Assembly (NCBI GenBank): GCA_964356915.1 | Contig: CAYHJF010000002.1 | Location: forward strand, 19,982 to 83,981 | Direction of reading: 5' to 3' | Source: an uncultured Candidatus Saccharibacteria bacterium | Lineage (GTDB): Bacteria > Patescibacteriota > Minisyncoccia > Ryanbacterales > GWA2-47-10b | DNA length: 64,000 nucleotides | Shown: positions 19,081 to 28,778 of the stretch, piece after piece | Layout: every line of letters begins with the position of its first letter | Position numbering within the stretch: position 1 is the stretch's first letter | The notes under the pieces: model-generated | The model's input: the letters and a program-made list of their open reading frames with translations, nothing else | Told to the model about the DNA's origin: nothing | The model's database searches: none | Made by a program: the position numbers and the translations under genes

Positions 19081-19561
19081 ATTTTTAAATAACTCAACCC
19101 GTCACCATAGCGAGATGACGGGTTGGACTACCACGAGGAATGGTGCACACGATTCGACGTCGTGTGTGACCATTCCTCATGCAGGTACGCACCTATATCC
19201 CGAGCAAGGAAGTAGGGGTTGCCTGAACGAGCTTTGACCGCCTCCGCTATATGTCTCTTTCGAGACGAGGCGATTAAAACTTGGGTAACAACTACAACAT
19301 GCCGGTTCTGCTTTTTTAAGTCAAACAACCGAAATGTGAACAAAGTGTGAAGAGTCTGTGTATAACTTTCTCAACAGTTTTTTAATTGACAAAGGGGTAT
19401 GGTTATGCTAGAACACCGAACGATTAGGTTGGTGCTTTTTGTCCTTTGAAAGGGGTCCGGTTCTATCTGCCCCGCAAGGGGTTGCTCATCCGGGCCCCTT
19501 TCAGAGGGGAAAAATACCGCTTTAAATAAGGCATTTCCCTACCCTACTGATATGGTAATAC

Positions 19562-19591
19562 AAAAAGCCACCGAAACATCGGTGGTTTTTT
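19562..19591. terminator. Bidirectional intrinsic terminator
   Basis: Hairpin ccaccga-aaca-tcggtgg with an A-tract before it and a T-tract after it. On the minus strand it lies right after the holin stop. Confidence 0.6.
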
Positions 19592-19603
19592 GATTTGCGA
19601 ATA

Positions 19604-19813
19604 CTAGTGTCCGATCTCGCTCTCTTCAATCAGCTTTTGTTCTTTCAAATAGCGTGTGACCGCGTACCAAGTGGCGTTTATGATCGGAATAAGCAGTGCC
19701 CAGCGAGAATCATTCTGCGCGTAAGCTATCAAGATTGGAATGATCGCTGAGACTGCCGAATAAAAGAACACGATGAAGAGGTGTTTGAGTGCCTCTGTTG
19801 TAGGTGATGTCAT
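19604..19813 (-). CDS. Putative holin (two TM helices)
   Basis: 69-aa protein with two hydrophobic helices, immediately downstream of the endolysin. Confidence 0.5.
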   Translation of the reverse strand: MTSPTTEALKHLFIVFFYSAVSAIIPILIAYAQNDSRWALLIPIINATWYAVTRYLKEQKLIEESEIGH

Positions 19814-19818
19814 GATGG

Positions 19819-20388
19819 TTAGATAAACTTTTTTATAATTGCCAGCCCTTCTTCTATCTTCTTAATCCCACTCTCAATCGTTGCGTCCTGCGCCTGCTGG
19901 TCGGAGGCGAGTGCGATCAGTTCGTCGATAATACTTTTGCTTGTCGCCGGACAATTCGGCTTCTGAGAAAAGATTTGGTAGTGCCCGATGATGTGCTGCC
20001 TGTCAATCGGAATCTGCCATCGTTTGCATATCTCTCGTATCAAATTTGCGCTCGTCTGCTTCATTGCATCAATCCAGACGTCGTTTGGTTTTCCTTCGTG
20101 TTCGATTCCAATCGTATAGAGGTTCGGATTGGTGTCCGGCTTTATGAGCTTCCAAGACGGCTTATCGACCCGACCGGCATGCCACGCCGTATCGCCTTCT
20201 TGGACGTATTGATGTATCTCTCCTCCCCTGCCGACCCCATAGTGTGCGCTCACTTGCGAAGTGGGAGTGGCGAACCACGAGTCGGTTCCGACAAGTGTTC
20301 CGTCCATGATATGGATGACGACCGCTTCCGGCCGGTATCCCTTGCGACCGCTCCAAAAATTGGGAGATGGTTTTTGAATTATGTTCAT
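19819..20388 (-). CDS. Endolysin, N-acetylmuramoyl-L-alanine amidase (Amidase_2/PGRP fold)
   Basis: AVVIHIMDGT...SAHYGVGRGGEIHQYV...WHAG, a T7-lysozyme-like zinc amidase signature. Confidence 0.85.
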   Translation of the reverse strand: MNIIQKPSPNFWSGRKGYRPEAVVIHIMDGTLVGTDSWFATPTSQVSAHYGVGRGGEIHQYVQEGDTAWHAGRVDKPSWKLIKPDTNPNLYTIGIEHEGKPNDVWIDAMKQTSANLIREICKRWQIPIDRQHIIGHYQIFSQKPNCPATSKSIIDELIALASDQQAQDATIESGIKKIEEGLAIIKKFI

Positions 20389-20392
20389 GTGT

Positions 20393-20620
20393 TTATTTGC
20401 TAATTGTTAATAGCAGGTTGAGGACCGCAGCAATCAGGCCACCAATGGATGCAGTGGCGACGAGCCAGAAGAAACGTTTGAGCCAATCGACATCAGTGCT
20501 CACTTTAGTGAGATCAGTCTGTATGTGAACGAGGTGGTTGTCTTTGATTTCGTTCACAGTGCTTTCTACGCGATTGAGTCGTTCGTCCTGCATCTTGTTT
20601 TGGTATGTTGATTTGTCCAT
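20393..20620 (-). CDS. XhlA-like lysis-associated membrane protein
   Basis: 75 aa. N-terminal coiled coil plus a single C-terminal TM helix (WLVATASIGGLIAAVLNLLL), adjacent to the amidase. Confidence 0.45.
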   Translation of the reverse strand: MDKSTYQNKMQDERLNRVESTVNEIKDNHLVHIQTDLTKVSTDVDWLKRFFWLVATASIGGLIAAVLNLLLTISK

Positions 20621-20651
20621 GCGATTTTTGCGACCACTCGATCCCGTGGTC

Positions 20652-23600
20652 TTACCTGCTTAAGTCCAATAATTGGTCGGCACTCATCCGTTCATTCGAT
20701 CCTTTCTTCGAAGGGGTTGTCTGTCCGTTTAGCATCTGGCTGAGCGACGGTGTATCCATGAATTGCCGGACTGCCGAAGGTGTGAGTTCCCTCTTCAGTG
20801 AAGTCAGCCCTTTCAGATCGCCTTTTTTGTAATCCTTACCGGAAGTTTTGTACTGTTCGAGTTTTATCAGGAGATCTATTCCTTCCGCAAGCGACTGCAT
20901 GAATTCAAGCGGGCGTACCGAAAGCCAAGTTGACGGGTTCAGCGCAGAAAGGGACGAGGCGGTTTCTCGCACGAAGCGAGCCTTCAATTTGGAAACGAAT
21001 GTATCGTCTTTGGCATCGTCGTCTTCGAATATCGTGTGGAAGAAAGAGTAGATTCCAAGCGCACCGACCGTCAGCTTCATCAGCTGTCGCGCTTCTTCTG
21101 TTTTGAGAGTTGCTGCCTTTTCTTTTAGACTCTCAGCTTCTTTGAAGGCGCGAAGGGTTTTCTTTGCGTTTGATCGCGCTGTCATAAGAAATGGCACAGC
21201 CCAGGATTTATACATCGTCACGAATTGCACTTCCGGTGTGCTTCCGAGTACTGACCGCGTGTCGTCTACCGGATGAAATTTCGCCATGTTGAGCTTGATC
21301 TGCGCGAGCCTCTGCGTCGTTACGTTGCCCGATTTCCACTCTTCAGAGGTAAGCGATCCGAGGAAGAATTGTCGCTTTGCTCGGTATGCGATGTCTTGCA
21401 TGATGCCGAAGGCACCGGCAAGGAAGGTGTCTCCAATATCGTTCGATGCGGAGATAATGTTTTCGAATGTCGGCTCTCCGACTACGCCGTTGTATTTCAC
21501 TGCAAGTATCTTTCCTTGCTTTGTGAGCGCGCGACCGACGCCTTTCGCATATGATCTTGTGGTCAGTCCGACGTAATTTGAGATTGCTGCGCCTCCTGCA
21601 GAAGCCGTGCCAGAAATAACGTTGAAGCCCAGGTCTTTTATGGAGAGGAAGAGCTTGAGTGCACGGAGACGCGCATCCATCTTTCCGCCCTGAGAGATTA
21701 CGAATTCGATACGCCTTCCTTTTTTGTTGTTCAGCCATTCCCTTACAAAGCGTTTCAGTCTGCCGTCTACGTTCAGGCCCGTCGGGTCTTTTATTTTGGT
21801 GCTTCTTTGCAGAGAGAAGGTGTACGCGTCGACCTTTGGAATGATCTGGTCGAGTGCCTGCTTTTTCTCAAACGTGCGCGCGTATGTCATTACTGCCCGC
21901 GCGACGTTTTTACTTGGCACCATTCCCCCCTCTCTTTGCAATGCGTACTTGAAGAATTTTTCGAGGCCGAGCACTTCGCCGGTATCGCCGATAGCTTCGA
22001 AGTCAACACGTTGTTCCACAAGCGACTCCCAATAAGTTTTTATTGCGCTCACAAACCCGTCGTCTTTCCATCGCTCGAAGAATGATCGTGTCGTATGGGT
22101 GATGTAATCTTTGCGATATCTTTTTAGTGTCCCCTTCTCAATCAGTATGTCTCTATAGCCTCTGAAGAGACCTTCTACAAAATCACCGAATTCGGCCTCC
22201 GCCTTTGTCATTCGCTGAAGCATGAAGTGTTTTTCCACAGCTGCAGTTTCGAGATAATCAAAGACCAGTTTGTCTTGCGGTACGAGCATGTCTGCGAGGC
22301 TACGCTTTCGGGACTTTCGTGCTGCGAATGCAAGCTCGTCGATTCGTTTCTTTACGAGCATGACTTTCTGATCGGCCTCTACTTTTTTTGCCGTCCATGC
22401 AGTGACCATATATTTGTAAAGGGGATTCTCTTCAGCCAGCGCAGGATCGTAGAGGAATTTATCGCCCCATTTTCCTGCTACGTTGGTCAGCTCGAGGTTG
22501 CTTACGCCGACCTGCTTTGCGAGCGACTCTCTTATCTCACGGACCGTTTTTACTGGCCCTATGTCGGTGTTGATTATTGTTTGAATCATTCGTGGACCGA
22601 GGAACGTATCGTTGAATTTGAATTGAGACAGCGACTCATCAAATTGGAAGAGTTGCTCGAGCGACATCTCTTTTATGGGTGGGAGCTTTAGTGCGAGACG
22701 GAGATTGTCTACTTTATTCAGTTCTTTTTCTTTAACGATGGCATCCACGATTACCTTTTCGTCCATCCACCTCCTTTCTCCGATCGCTTTCGTTTCAAGG
22801 TCTGTGTACCATGTGTCGAATTCTTTAGCGTCCATGAATCGTGGGTCTGCGTTGCCACGGATTTTACGCATTTGCACATCGTCCAAGTTGAAGGCGTGCT
22901 TGATTGCGTTTATTTTTGAGCGTCTGTCCTTGAGTCGCTTGATCATGCTCTGCAGACGCTGGCTTCCCTCCGTGAGTCCCTTGCGGTATCCAGCGCGTTC
23001 AGCACTTTCGACGAGGCCTTTTAATGATTTGACATCTTTTGCAACCTGTCGCGCTATGACATCTTTAGCCTGCCCGACGAAGAGGTCGCGCTGCTTTGCG
23101 AGACGAATTTCTGCTCTAATTCGCCCCAAATTGCCCTGTACGCGCGTCAATTCCCCCTTCTGCGCCACATATGCCTGATACGCCTCCCTAGCCTGCTCAG
23201 AGTCCTGAAAGCCGAGCTCGGTTATTATGCTGTCGCCTTTCCTGCCGAAGATGGAAGTGCCTTTGCCGAGCACCTCCGGAAGCTCTCCTGTGCGCTTGTT
23301 GGCATACTTGGAGAGTTGTCGCGCGGGATTATCCATTACCATTTCGACTGCGATATCGTAGTGTGCTTTTGCCTGTTCCAAATCTTCAGGAGTGAATGAG
23401 GTTTTCAAATCTTCAACTTTGACACCTTTCAGGTCGGCAAATACTGAGTCGAGATTGGAGGCTAGTTTTTCCTGTTCGACTGCTGATGGCCTTGTAGCAA
23501 ATCGCGCTTGATCCGCCTGTTTTGCCATGAGTTCAAAACTTTCTATCTCGCTTATCGGCTTCTTTACTTCCTTGAGAATGTTTTTTGCTGCGCTCGCCGG

Positions 23601-24116
23601 TTTGATAACATCCTCTGCTGCCTCCGCTAGATTCTTCACACCTTTAACAATCTGCGGACCTACTTCATCGACCACTTTGGCAACGTTCTTGGCTCCCTTT
23701 ACAGTCTGTTGTATCCCTTTTTTCGCTCCACTGCCTCCCGGTATCGCATCAGCCAATCCAAAAAAGAGCCCGAGAGTTGGATCAATCGCTTTGAATATCC
23801 CCTCGCTTTTTCCTTCAGGATCGGCACCGCGACTCTCACGACCGAACGACATTATGGAGATTGGTTTGTCAGTACCGTAGAGTTCCTTTTGGAATTCACC
23901 CTCCGGTACGAACGGCTTGCCAGTGATGAGTGAGGCTACTGACGCAAACCCGCGCCATGAAGCCTGCCCCATGTCCTGAAGCACATCGAGCGTCGCTTTT
24001 GGCGTTTCCCTTACCACGTCGCGTATGCGTACTTTCGGAGCAGGCGCGAAATAATCCCCGATCTTCTTGATCGGTTTTTTGAATGGCGATGTAATTTTTT
24101 CCCAGAGTCCTCCCAT
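20652..24116 (-). CDS. Giant virion-associated protein (internal virion/tape-measure-like)
   Basis: Mostly alpha-helical 1150+ aa. Gly/Lys-rich repeat block GAKKGIQQTVKGAKNVAKVVDEVGPQIVKGVKNLAEAA. Start taken at the internal Met at 24116, which removes the overlap with the upstream gene. Confidence 0.45.
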   Translation of the reverse strand: MGGLWEKITSPFKKPIKKIGDYFAPAPKVRIRDVVRETPKATLDVLQDMGQASWRGFASVASLITGKPFVPEGEFQKELYGTDKPISIMSFGRESRGADPEGKSEGIFKAIDPTLGLFFGLADAIPGGSGAKKGIQQTVKGAKNVAKVVDEVGPQIVKGVKNLAEAAEDVIKPASAAKNILKEVKKPISEIESFELMAKQADQARFATRPSAVEQEKLASNLDSVFADLKGVKVEDLKTSFTPEDLEQAKAHYDIAVEMVMDNPARQLSKYANKRTGELPEVLGKGTSIFGRKGDSIITELGFQDSEQAREAYQAYVAQKGELTRVQGNLGRIRAEIRLAKQRDLFVGQAKDVIARQVAKDVKSLKGLVESAERAGYRKGLTEGSQRLQSMIKRLKDRRSKINAIKHAFNLDDVQMRKIRGNADPRFMDAKEFDTWYTDLETKAIGERRWMDEKVIVDAIVKEKELNKVDNLRLALKLPPIKEMSLEQLFQFDESLSQFKFNDTFLGPRMIQTIINTDIGPVKTVREIRESLAKQVGVSNLELTNVAGKWGDKFLYDPALAEENPLYKYMVTAWTAKKVEADQKVMLVKKRIDELAFAARKSRKRSLADMLVPQDKLVFDYLETAAVEKHFMLQRMTKAEAEFGDFVEGLFRGYRDILIEKGTLKRYRKDYITHTTRSFFERWKDDGFVSAIKTYWESLVEQRVDFEAIGDTGEVLGLEKFFKYALQREGGMVPSKNVARAVMTYARTFEKKQALDQIIPKVDAYTFSLQRSTKIKDPTGLNVDGRLKRFVREWLNNKKGRRIEFVISQGGKMDARLRALKLFLSIKDLGFNVISGTASAGGAAISNYVGLTTRSYAKGVGRALTKQGKILAVKYNGVVGEPTFENIISASNDIGDTFLAGAFGIMQDIAYRAKRQFFLGSLTSEEWKSGNVTTQRLAQIKLNMAKFHPVDDTRSVLGSTPEVQFVTMYKSWAVPFLMTARSNAKKTLRAFKEAESLKEKAATLKTEEARQLMKLTVGALGIYSFFHTIFEDDDAKDDTFVSKLKARFVRETASSLSALNPSTWLSVRPLEFMQSLAEGIDLLIKLEQYKTSGKDYKKGDLKGLTSLKRELTPSAVRQFMDTPSLSQMLNGQTTPSKKGSNERMSADQLLDLSR

Positions 24117-24120
24117 AGTT

Positions 24121-25305
24121 TTATACGCCGAGACGGAATGCTCGACCGAGCCAGCCCATGAAGCCCGGCTTCGTCTTGATGCTCCATTCGTCGTCAATAA
24201 CCTCCGTCGGTGTCTTGCCACCCTCGATGGTCACGTCGCCCCATAAGCTCTTGATTTCGTCCGGTGTGCTACTTGTTTCCCATTTCTTACGAACCGCTTT
24301 TCTGAATTCACTCTCCGACATCGTGCCTGTCACTTTCTTTCCGCCACCGCTTCTGAGCCAGCTCATCTCTGCTTCGAGTCGTGAGGCAGTGGTGCCGGAA
24401 TATCCTGCTTCGGTTGGATCGGAGACGCCCTGACTGATGAGTCGCTCAGCTGCGCTTCTTAGTCCTGCATCAGGTTCGACTCCTTGCGCTATGCGATCTG
24501 CAAAGCGTTCTGACTCGCTCGAGCTTCCGGTTCCTGCTGGTGCGTTGCCGAGGGTTTCGCGTCTGACGAGTTCGCCTGTTTCGTTATTGAATACATCGCG
24601 GTAGAGTTTTCCGTCGGCTTCGAATTCACTCACGCTAGTTTTTGCCTTTTTCGCGTCGGCGAGACGTAGGCCAAATTCTGCTTCCCATCTTTCCGCTTCA
24701 GTATCGAAGTTCAGCTGCGATCGGAGTTCGCCACGGTAATCGCTTATCGATTGGTCGTAGCGATTAAGGTCAAAGCGCAAACTTTCTATCTCGCGCGCTT
24801 TGTCTTCAGTCTCTTGAGAGATACGAGTGTTAACTTTTCCCAGCTTGGTGTTGTACTGCTCTGCAAGGGAGTTGCGCTCATCTATAAGATTGCCGATATT
24901 GCGGTTCGCCTGCTGCTCTACCTCCGCAGTCTCGCCAGTGATTGTCGCAGCGGAGTAGAAAGGATTGCGTCGCGTCTTCGAGATCGATGTGTCGCGCGTT
25001 CCTTTTTCTCCTGAGATTTGCCCGTCGAGTGCAGCGAGACGTGATTCGATTTCACCAAGACCCTCCTTTGCATACTCTTCGTCGTATCGCTTCGATTTGT
25101 ATCCTGTCAACGAGTCTTCCGCTTGCTTGAGCTTGGTCTGCGTCGTCGACATATCGGACTGCAACTTTACGGGATCGTAAGTGGAAAGTGGCGCATAGGT
25201 GCTGCTTGCACCGGTTGCTGCATTCGGAGTTGCGCCTCGAAGGTTTCCGAATTGTTTTTCGAATTCTTCCCACGAGACGAATGGTGATGCCGTTTCTGCT
25301 GTCAT
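24121..25305 (-). CDS. Coiled-coil phage structural protein, hypothetical
   Basis: 394 aa with long heptad-like segments, inside the structural module. Confidence 0.35.
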   Translation of the reverse strand: MTAETASPFVSWEEFEKQFGNLRGATPNAATGASSTYAPLSTYDPVKLQSDMSTTQTKLKQAEDSLTGYKSKRYDEEYAKEGLGEIESRLAALDGQISGEKGTRDTSISKTRRNPFYSAATITGETAEVEQQANRNIGNLIDERNSLAEQYNTKLGKVNTRISQETEDKAREIESLRFDLNRYDQSISDYRGELRSQLNFDTEAERWEAEFGLRLADAKKAKTSVSEFEADGKLYRDVFNNETGELVRRETLGNAPAGTGSSSESERFADRIAQGVEPDAGLRSAAERLISQGVSDPTEAGYSGTTASRLEAEMSWLRSGGGKKVTGTMSESEFRKAVRKKWETSSTPDEIKSLWGDVTIEGGKTPTEVIDDEWSIKTKPGFMGWLGRAFRLGV

Positions 25306-25310
25306 AGGTT

Positions 25311-25532
25311 TTATTTTTTGGTTGGTAATACCTCAGAGATTCGACCGCTCTTGAGGTCAATGTTGAATTGCTTGTTCGGATCAAGTCCGTATTTTGGGAA
25401 GAGTTGCTGGATGTATATCTGCTTCTGGTGTTCGAGTGCTTGCGCGGTGAGCCGGTGTTGGTTTACCAACTCGTCGCGCTTTCGGATTTCCTCCAAGTCT
25501 TCCCTACTAAGTTTTTTTGTTCGTGAAAACAT
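25311..25532 (-). CDS. Small phage protein, hypothetical
   Basis: 73-aa ORF in the operon gap. Confidence 0.25.
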   Translation of the reverse strand: MFSRTKKLSREDLEEIRKRDELVNQHRLTAQALEHQKQIYIQQLFPKYGLDPNKQFNIDLKSGRISEVLPTKK

Positions 25533-25541
25533 ACGTTTGGA

Positions 25542-26684
25542 TTAGATATCGTCGAACCACGCGACGTAGTGCCAGCTGAAGCCGTTGTAGACTCGAAGCC
25601 TTCCTCCCGCCCCGGTGCCAGATGGCGATGTTTCGTAGTACATTTCGCCATTCGATGGACTGCTCGGTATGTTCGTGCCGATCCTGAAGGAGGTCTGTAC
25701 ATCAACGAAGCCTCCCGAGACCGCGTTGTTTCCATAGAAGCGGATGATGTCGTTTCCGCTCGACGCTTTGATAAATAACCTATCTTGCAGTGTTGTATCG
25801 ATCACAAGAGGTCGGTTACCCGAGTCGTCGACCCACATTCGGGCGTATCCGTTTGCTCCATCGTCGAGCATGAGGCCATGACCTGGACCGGCCTGTATGC
25901 CATATATTGGCGTTCCACTGATGTCTCGAAGGTAACCGAATCTCAGTCCACCGAATGGCGCAGAAAGGTATCCGGTAGAGGTCAGGTTGAATTGCCCGGC
26001 CGTGATCTTTGCTGCGCTAAGAGAGAGGATTTTTGCTTCCGTCACCGCGAGGTTGTCTATATGTGCCGTCTGTATTGCAGCTGCACCTATCTGTGCTGAA
26101 CCCACAGCGGCATTCGCAATCTTTGCGCCGGTCACCGCGAGGTTTGTGATGTTGGCGTTGTCTACTGCAGCAAGCCCTATCTTTGCGTTGGTGATTTGTG
26201 CGTCCCCAATCTTTGCCGTCTGAATGGTCGCGTCCACTATCTTTGCGTTCGTGACTATGGCATTTGCGAGGTGAGCGTTCTGAATGACGCCAGTTCCGAT
26301 GTGCGCGGAGATAATTGTTGCGTCGTCAATCTGGGCCGATACGGTAATCACTGCTTCTGTTTGAATGAGCTTCGAGGCGGTGACTGCTCCATTTTTTATT
26401 TTTGCGGTGGCAACTGCCGCAGCTGCGAGCTTGTCTTCCGTTACCGCGAGCATTTCGAGATGTTCGGTCAACACTGATTCGGGTATGAGCTTCGTACTTC
26501 CTACCGCCTCATCCGCGATGATGTCAGTTGTGACCGCCCCGCTTCGAATCTGTACGGTGTCCACTGAGTCAGGAGCAAGCAGCTGAGAGTTCTGTCCGTC
26601 ATGCGTGTGCGGAGGGACTTCAGGTAGAGGAAAGTCCTCCACCACTTCATCCGTGAATACTTTTTTGAGACCTGCGACTTTCAT
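25542..26684 (-). CDS. Tail fibre/needle protein with decapeptide beta-helix repeats
   Basis: About 14 tandem 10-aa repeats of the form xAxIxxAKIx (NAIVTNAKIV, DATIQTAKIG, DAQITNAKIG, LAAVDNANIT, ...) across aa 85-230. Gly/Trp-rich C-terminal knob. Confidence 0.6.
   Translation of the reverse strand: MKVAGLKKVFTDEVVEDFPLPEVPPHTHDGQNSQLLAPDSVDTVQIRSGAVTTDIIADEAVGSTKLIPESVLTEHLEMLAVTEDKLAAAAVATAKIKNGAVTASKLIQTEAVITVSAQIDDATIISAHIGTGVIQNAHLANAIVTNAKIVDATIQTAKIGDAQITNAKIGLAAVDNANITNLAVTGAKIANAAVGSAQIGAAAIQTAHIDNLAVTEAKILSLSAAKITAGQFNLTSTGYLSAPFGGLRFGYLRDISGTPIYGIQAGPGHGLMLDDGANGYARMWVDDSGNRPLVIDTTLQDRLFIKASSGNDIIRFYGNNAVSGGFVDVQTSFRIGTNIPSSPSNGEMYYETSPSGTGAGGRLRVYNGFSWHYVAWFDDI
25995..26432 (-). 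repeat. Tandem 30-nt coding repeats inside tail-fibre gene
   Basis: Decapeptide periodicity of the encoded protein, giving ~14 repeat units. Confidence 0.55.
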
Positions 26685-26688
26685 ACAG

Positions 26689-28134
26689 TTATAGAAGCTC
26701 CGCGCTTTCGAAAAGCGTTGTTACCGCCACGATGTCGGGCGTTTCGTTTCCTGTGGGGATGAGCGTGACCGCGACCTCGTATGTCTCGCCCATTCCGTCC
26801 TCTTCATCCTCTTCGTCCGGATCGCCAGTTTCTATCGTGAATACTGCTTTTGTTTTTCCGACCTTGTCGAAACTTTCTGCGCCATCTTCCATCACTGCTT
26901 TGAGCCAATCGCCTGATTCGTTCAGTCGGTAGTAGATTTCAATGGAGCAGTCCTGTGGCAGTGGCTTCGTAAGGAGTTTGACGAAGCGATAGGATTTCTG
27001 CACGAATGGATTTCCTGCGTCGAACACGAGTCCCTCGTATCTACCGATCGCTTTTTTCGTATCGTCGACAGTATCCACTCCGTAGGTACTGCCATCCTTC
27101 CATGCAACGAATGGCGCGTCGCCGTGCACAGTTATTGCGCCGATACTTACGCCCTCCATTTTCCCGTGTGAAGGAATGTACTCGAGGTTCAATGCATACG
27201 GGTCGTTTTTATTCAGTCGGCCGTAGGAATACACTCCGCACTTGTTCGAGCCGGTCACTCCGAGAAGTGGCAGACCTTTGAAGTTCGCAACCGCTCCCGG
27301 CTCGACCCATCCTCCGCCTGGTAATTTCTTAAGTGGTACGAGATTGGCTGTGTCCCAGTAGTAGAGGCTTCCGGAGATGCCTGCCTGTGCGATGATGAAT
27401 TCGCTTTGAATGAGAGCATTGATTCCTTTTTCGGCAATCATTCTTCGCACAATCCACGAGGGCTTTATCTTGTCCCACGTCCACAGCCACCCTTCTTCGA
27501 TTTTCGGACCACGTGTTGAACCGATGATTACCATTGCGTCCTGTGGCAGAAGACATTTCGTTCTGTTGCCCGGCACGATGTCGAGTGCCTTATCGTTGAA
27601 GTTTCCTTCGTAGTCGACAAGCGCGAGATATTGGCCGTCGCAAATCATGAGCACCCCTACCGCCATAGTCATCGTGTGCCATCCTGGATCGCCGTTTAGA
27701 TTTGCGAACGTCGAGACGTCAGTGCTCCAATCTCCCGAGAGTGGAATGCGCTTCAATTTGGTTTCGGTGGCCCAATAGAGGAACGGCACATAGTTGCTTC
27801 CGTTCCAGTTCGTGTACTCGGCCGCGCCGGTTATCGCACCGTCAGGATCGGTATAGACGAGAGACCAGACGCTGTCGCTTCCGTTCCTTCGATATATTTT
27901 TCCGGTATTTCCGAAACCATAGAGGTTGCCGTTTATTGCTGTGACAAAGAACAATATTAGGTCTGTCACTACCGATCCCGAGTCTTTCTTCAGTGCCTGA
28001 TTGCATTTGAGCGTGTCGTTCTCGGACCGAATGTTCAGTCCGTAGCCGAATCTGAAGGAGCCGAGCACGCCTTTGTAAGCATCATCGGCGATGCCTCCTT
28101 TGAATCCGCGTATTTTGTAGGCGTTAAGCTCCAT
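26689..28134 (-). CDS. Putative tail/baseplate protein (beta-rich)
   Basis: 481 aa rich in Gly/Trp/Tyr beta-strand segments, between the fibre and the virion amidase. Acidic C-terminal tail. Confidence 0.4.
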   Translation of the reverse strand: MELNAYKIRGFKGGIADDAYKGVLGSFRFGYGLNIRSENDTLKCNQALKKDSGSVVTDLILFFVTAINGNLYGFGNTGKIYRRNGSDSVWSLVYTDPDGAITGAAEYTNWNGSNYVPFLYWATETKLKRIPLSGDWSTDVSTFANLNGDPGWHTMTMAVGVLMICDGQYLALVDYEGNFNDKALDIVPGNRTKCLLPQDAMVIIGSTRGPKIEEGWLWTWDKIKPSWIVRRMIAEKGINALIQSEFIIAQAGISGSLYYWDTANLVPLKKLPGGGWVEPGAVANFKGLPLLGVTGSNKCGVYSYGRLNKNDPYALNLEYIPSHGKMEGVSIGAITVHGDAPFVAWKDGSTYGVDTVDDTKKAIGRYEGLVFDAGNPFVQKSYRFVKLLTKPLPQDCSIEIYYRLNESGDWLKAVMEDGAESFDKVGKTKAVFTIETGDPDEEDEEDGMGETYEVAVTLIPTGNETPDIVAVTTLFESAELL

Positions 28135-28136
28135 AG

Positions 28137-28772
28137 TTAATTCGACTTATTGAGGAACCGCGTGCTGGTCGCTTTGCCTACGAAGCCAGCCTCGCCAGGT
28201 TCTTCGTCTTCCCTATCCTTGAGGGTTTGGAGAAGTGCGATCGCTTCGGTGATTTCCCTGTCTGCATCCGTGCTTCGGTTTGGCAATTTTTTGAGGCAGA
28301 TTCCGAGCGCAAGTTTTATGATTGGCTCTTCCATTTCTTCAGGGGTTATGGATTCGTCCGTATCGTTCACAAGTGGTATCGGTCGCCTTCGGTAGAAGAG
28401 ATCAATTATCTTTCCGTCCTCTATCGGTGTTGGCTTGAGGAGGTACTGGTCGCCGAGCATACAGAACACGAAGTCACTCGCGTGATTTCCGCTCTGATAG
28501 TTTTCGACTCTCGTTTTTGCATGCTCTATACTGTCGATTTTCAAGAACATCATTCCGCCCGGCTTGTAATCGAATGGGTTGAAGTACGCCTCCACATCCT
28601 TTTCTGTCAGCTGCGTCGAATGGTGGTTCAGGAAGTTCCATCGTGCGAAGTTGCACGCTCGAATGATGGATTTGTTTATCCATCTTTTTTTGTCCGTCTC
28701 GCTCCAAAGCCCCGTCGTCTTTGAGGCGGACATTCGCGCGTTTAGGTCTTGTACGAATTCTTGTAATTGCAT
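28137..28772 (-). CDS. Phage structural module protein, hypothetical
   Basis: 211-aa ORF tightly packed in the operon. Confidence 0.35.
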   Translation of the reverse strand: MQLQEFVQDLNARMSASKTTGLWSETDKKRWINKSIIRACNFARWNFLNHHSTQLTEKDVEAYFNPFDYKPGGMMFLKIDSIEHAKTRVENYQSGNHASDFVFCMLGDQYLLKPTPIEDGKIIDLFYRRRPIPLVNDTDESITPEEMEEPIIKLALGICLKKLPNRSTDADREITEAIALLQTLKDREDEEPGEAGFVGKATSTRFLNKSN

Positions 28773-28778
28773 AATGGT

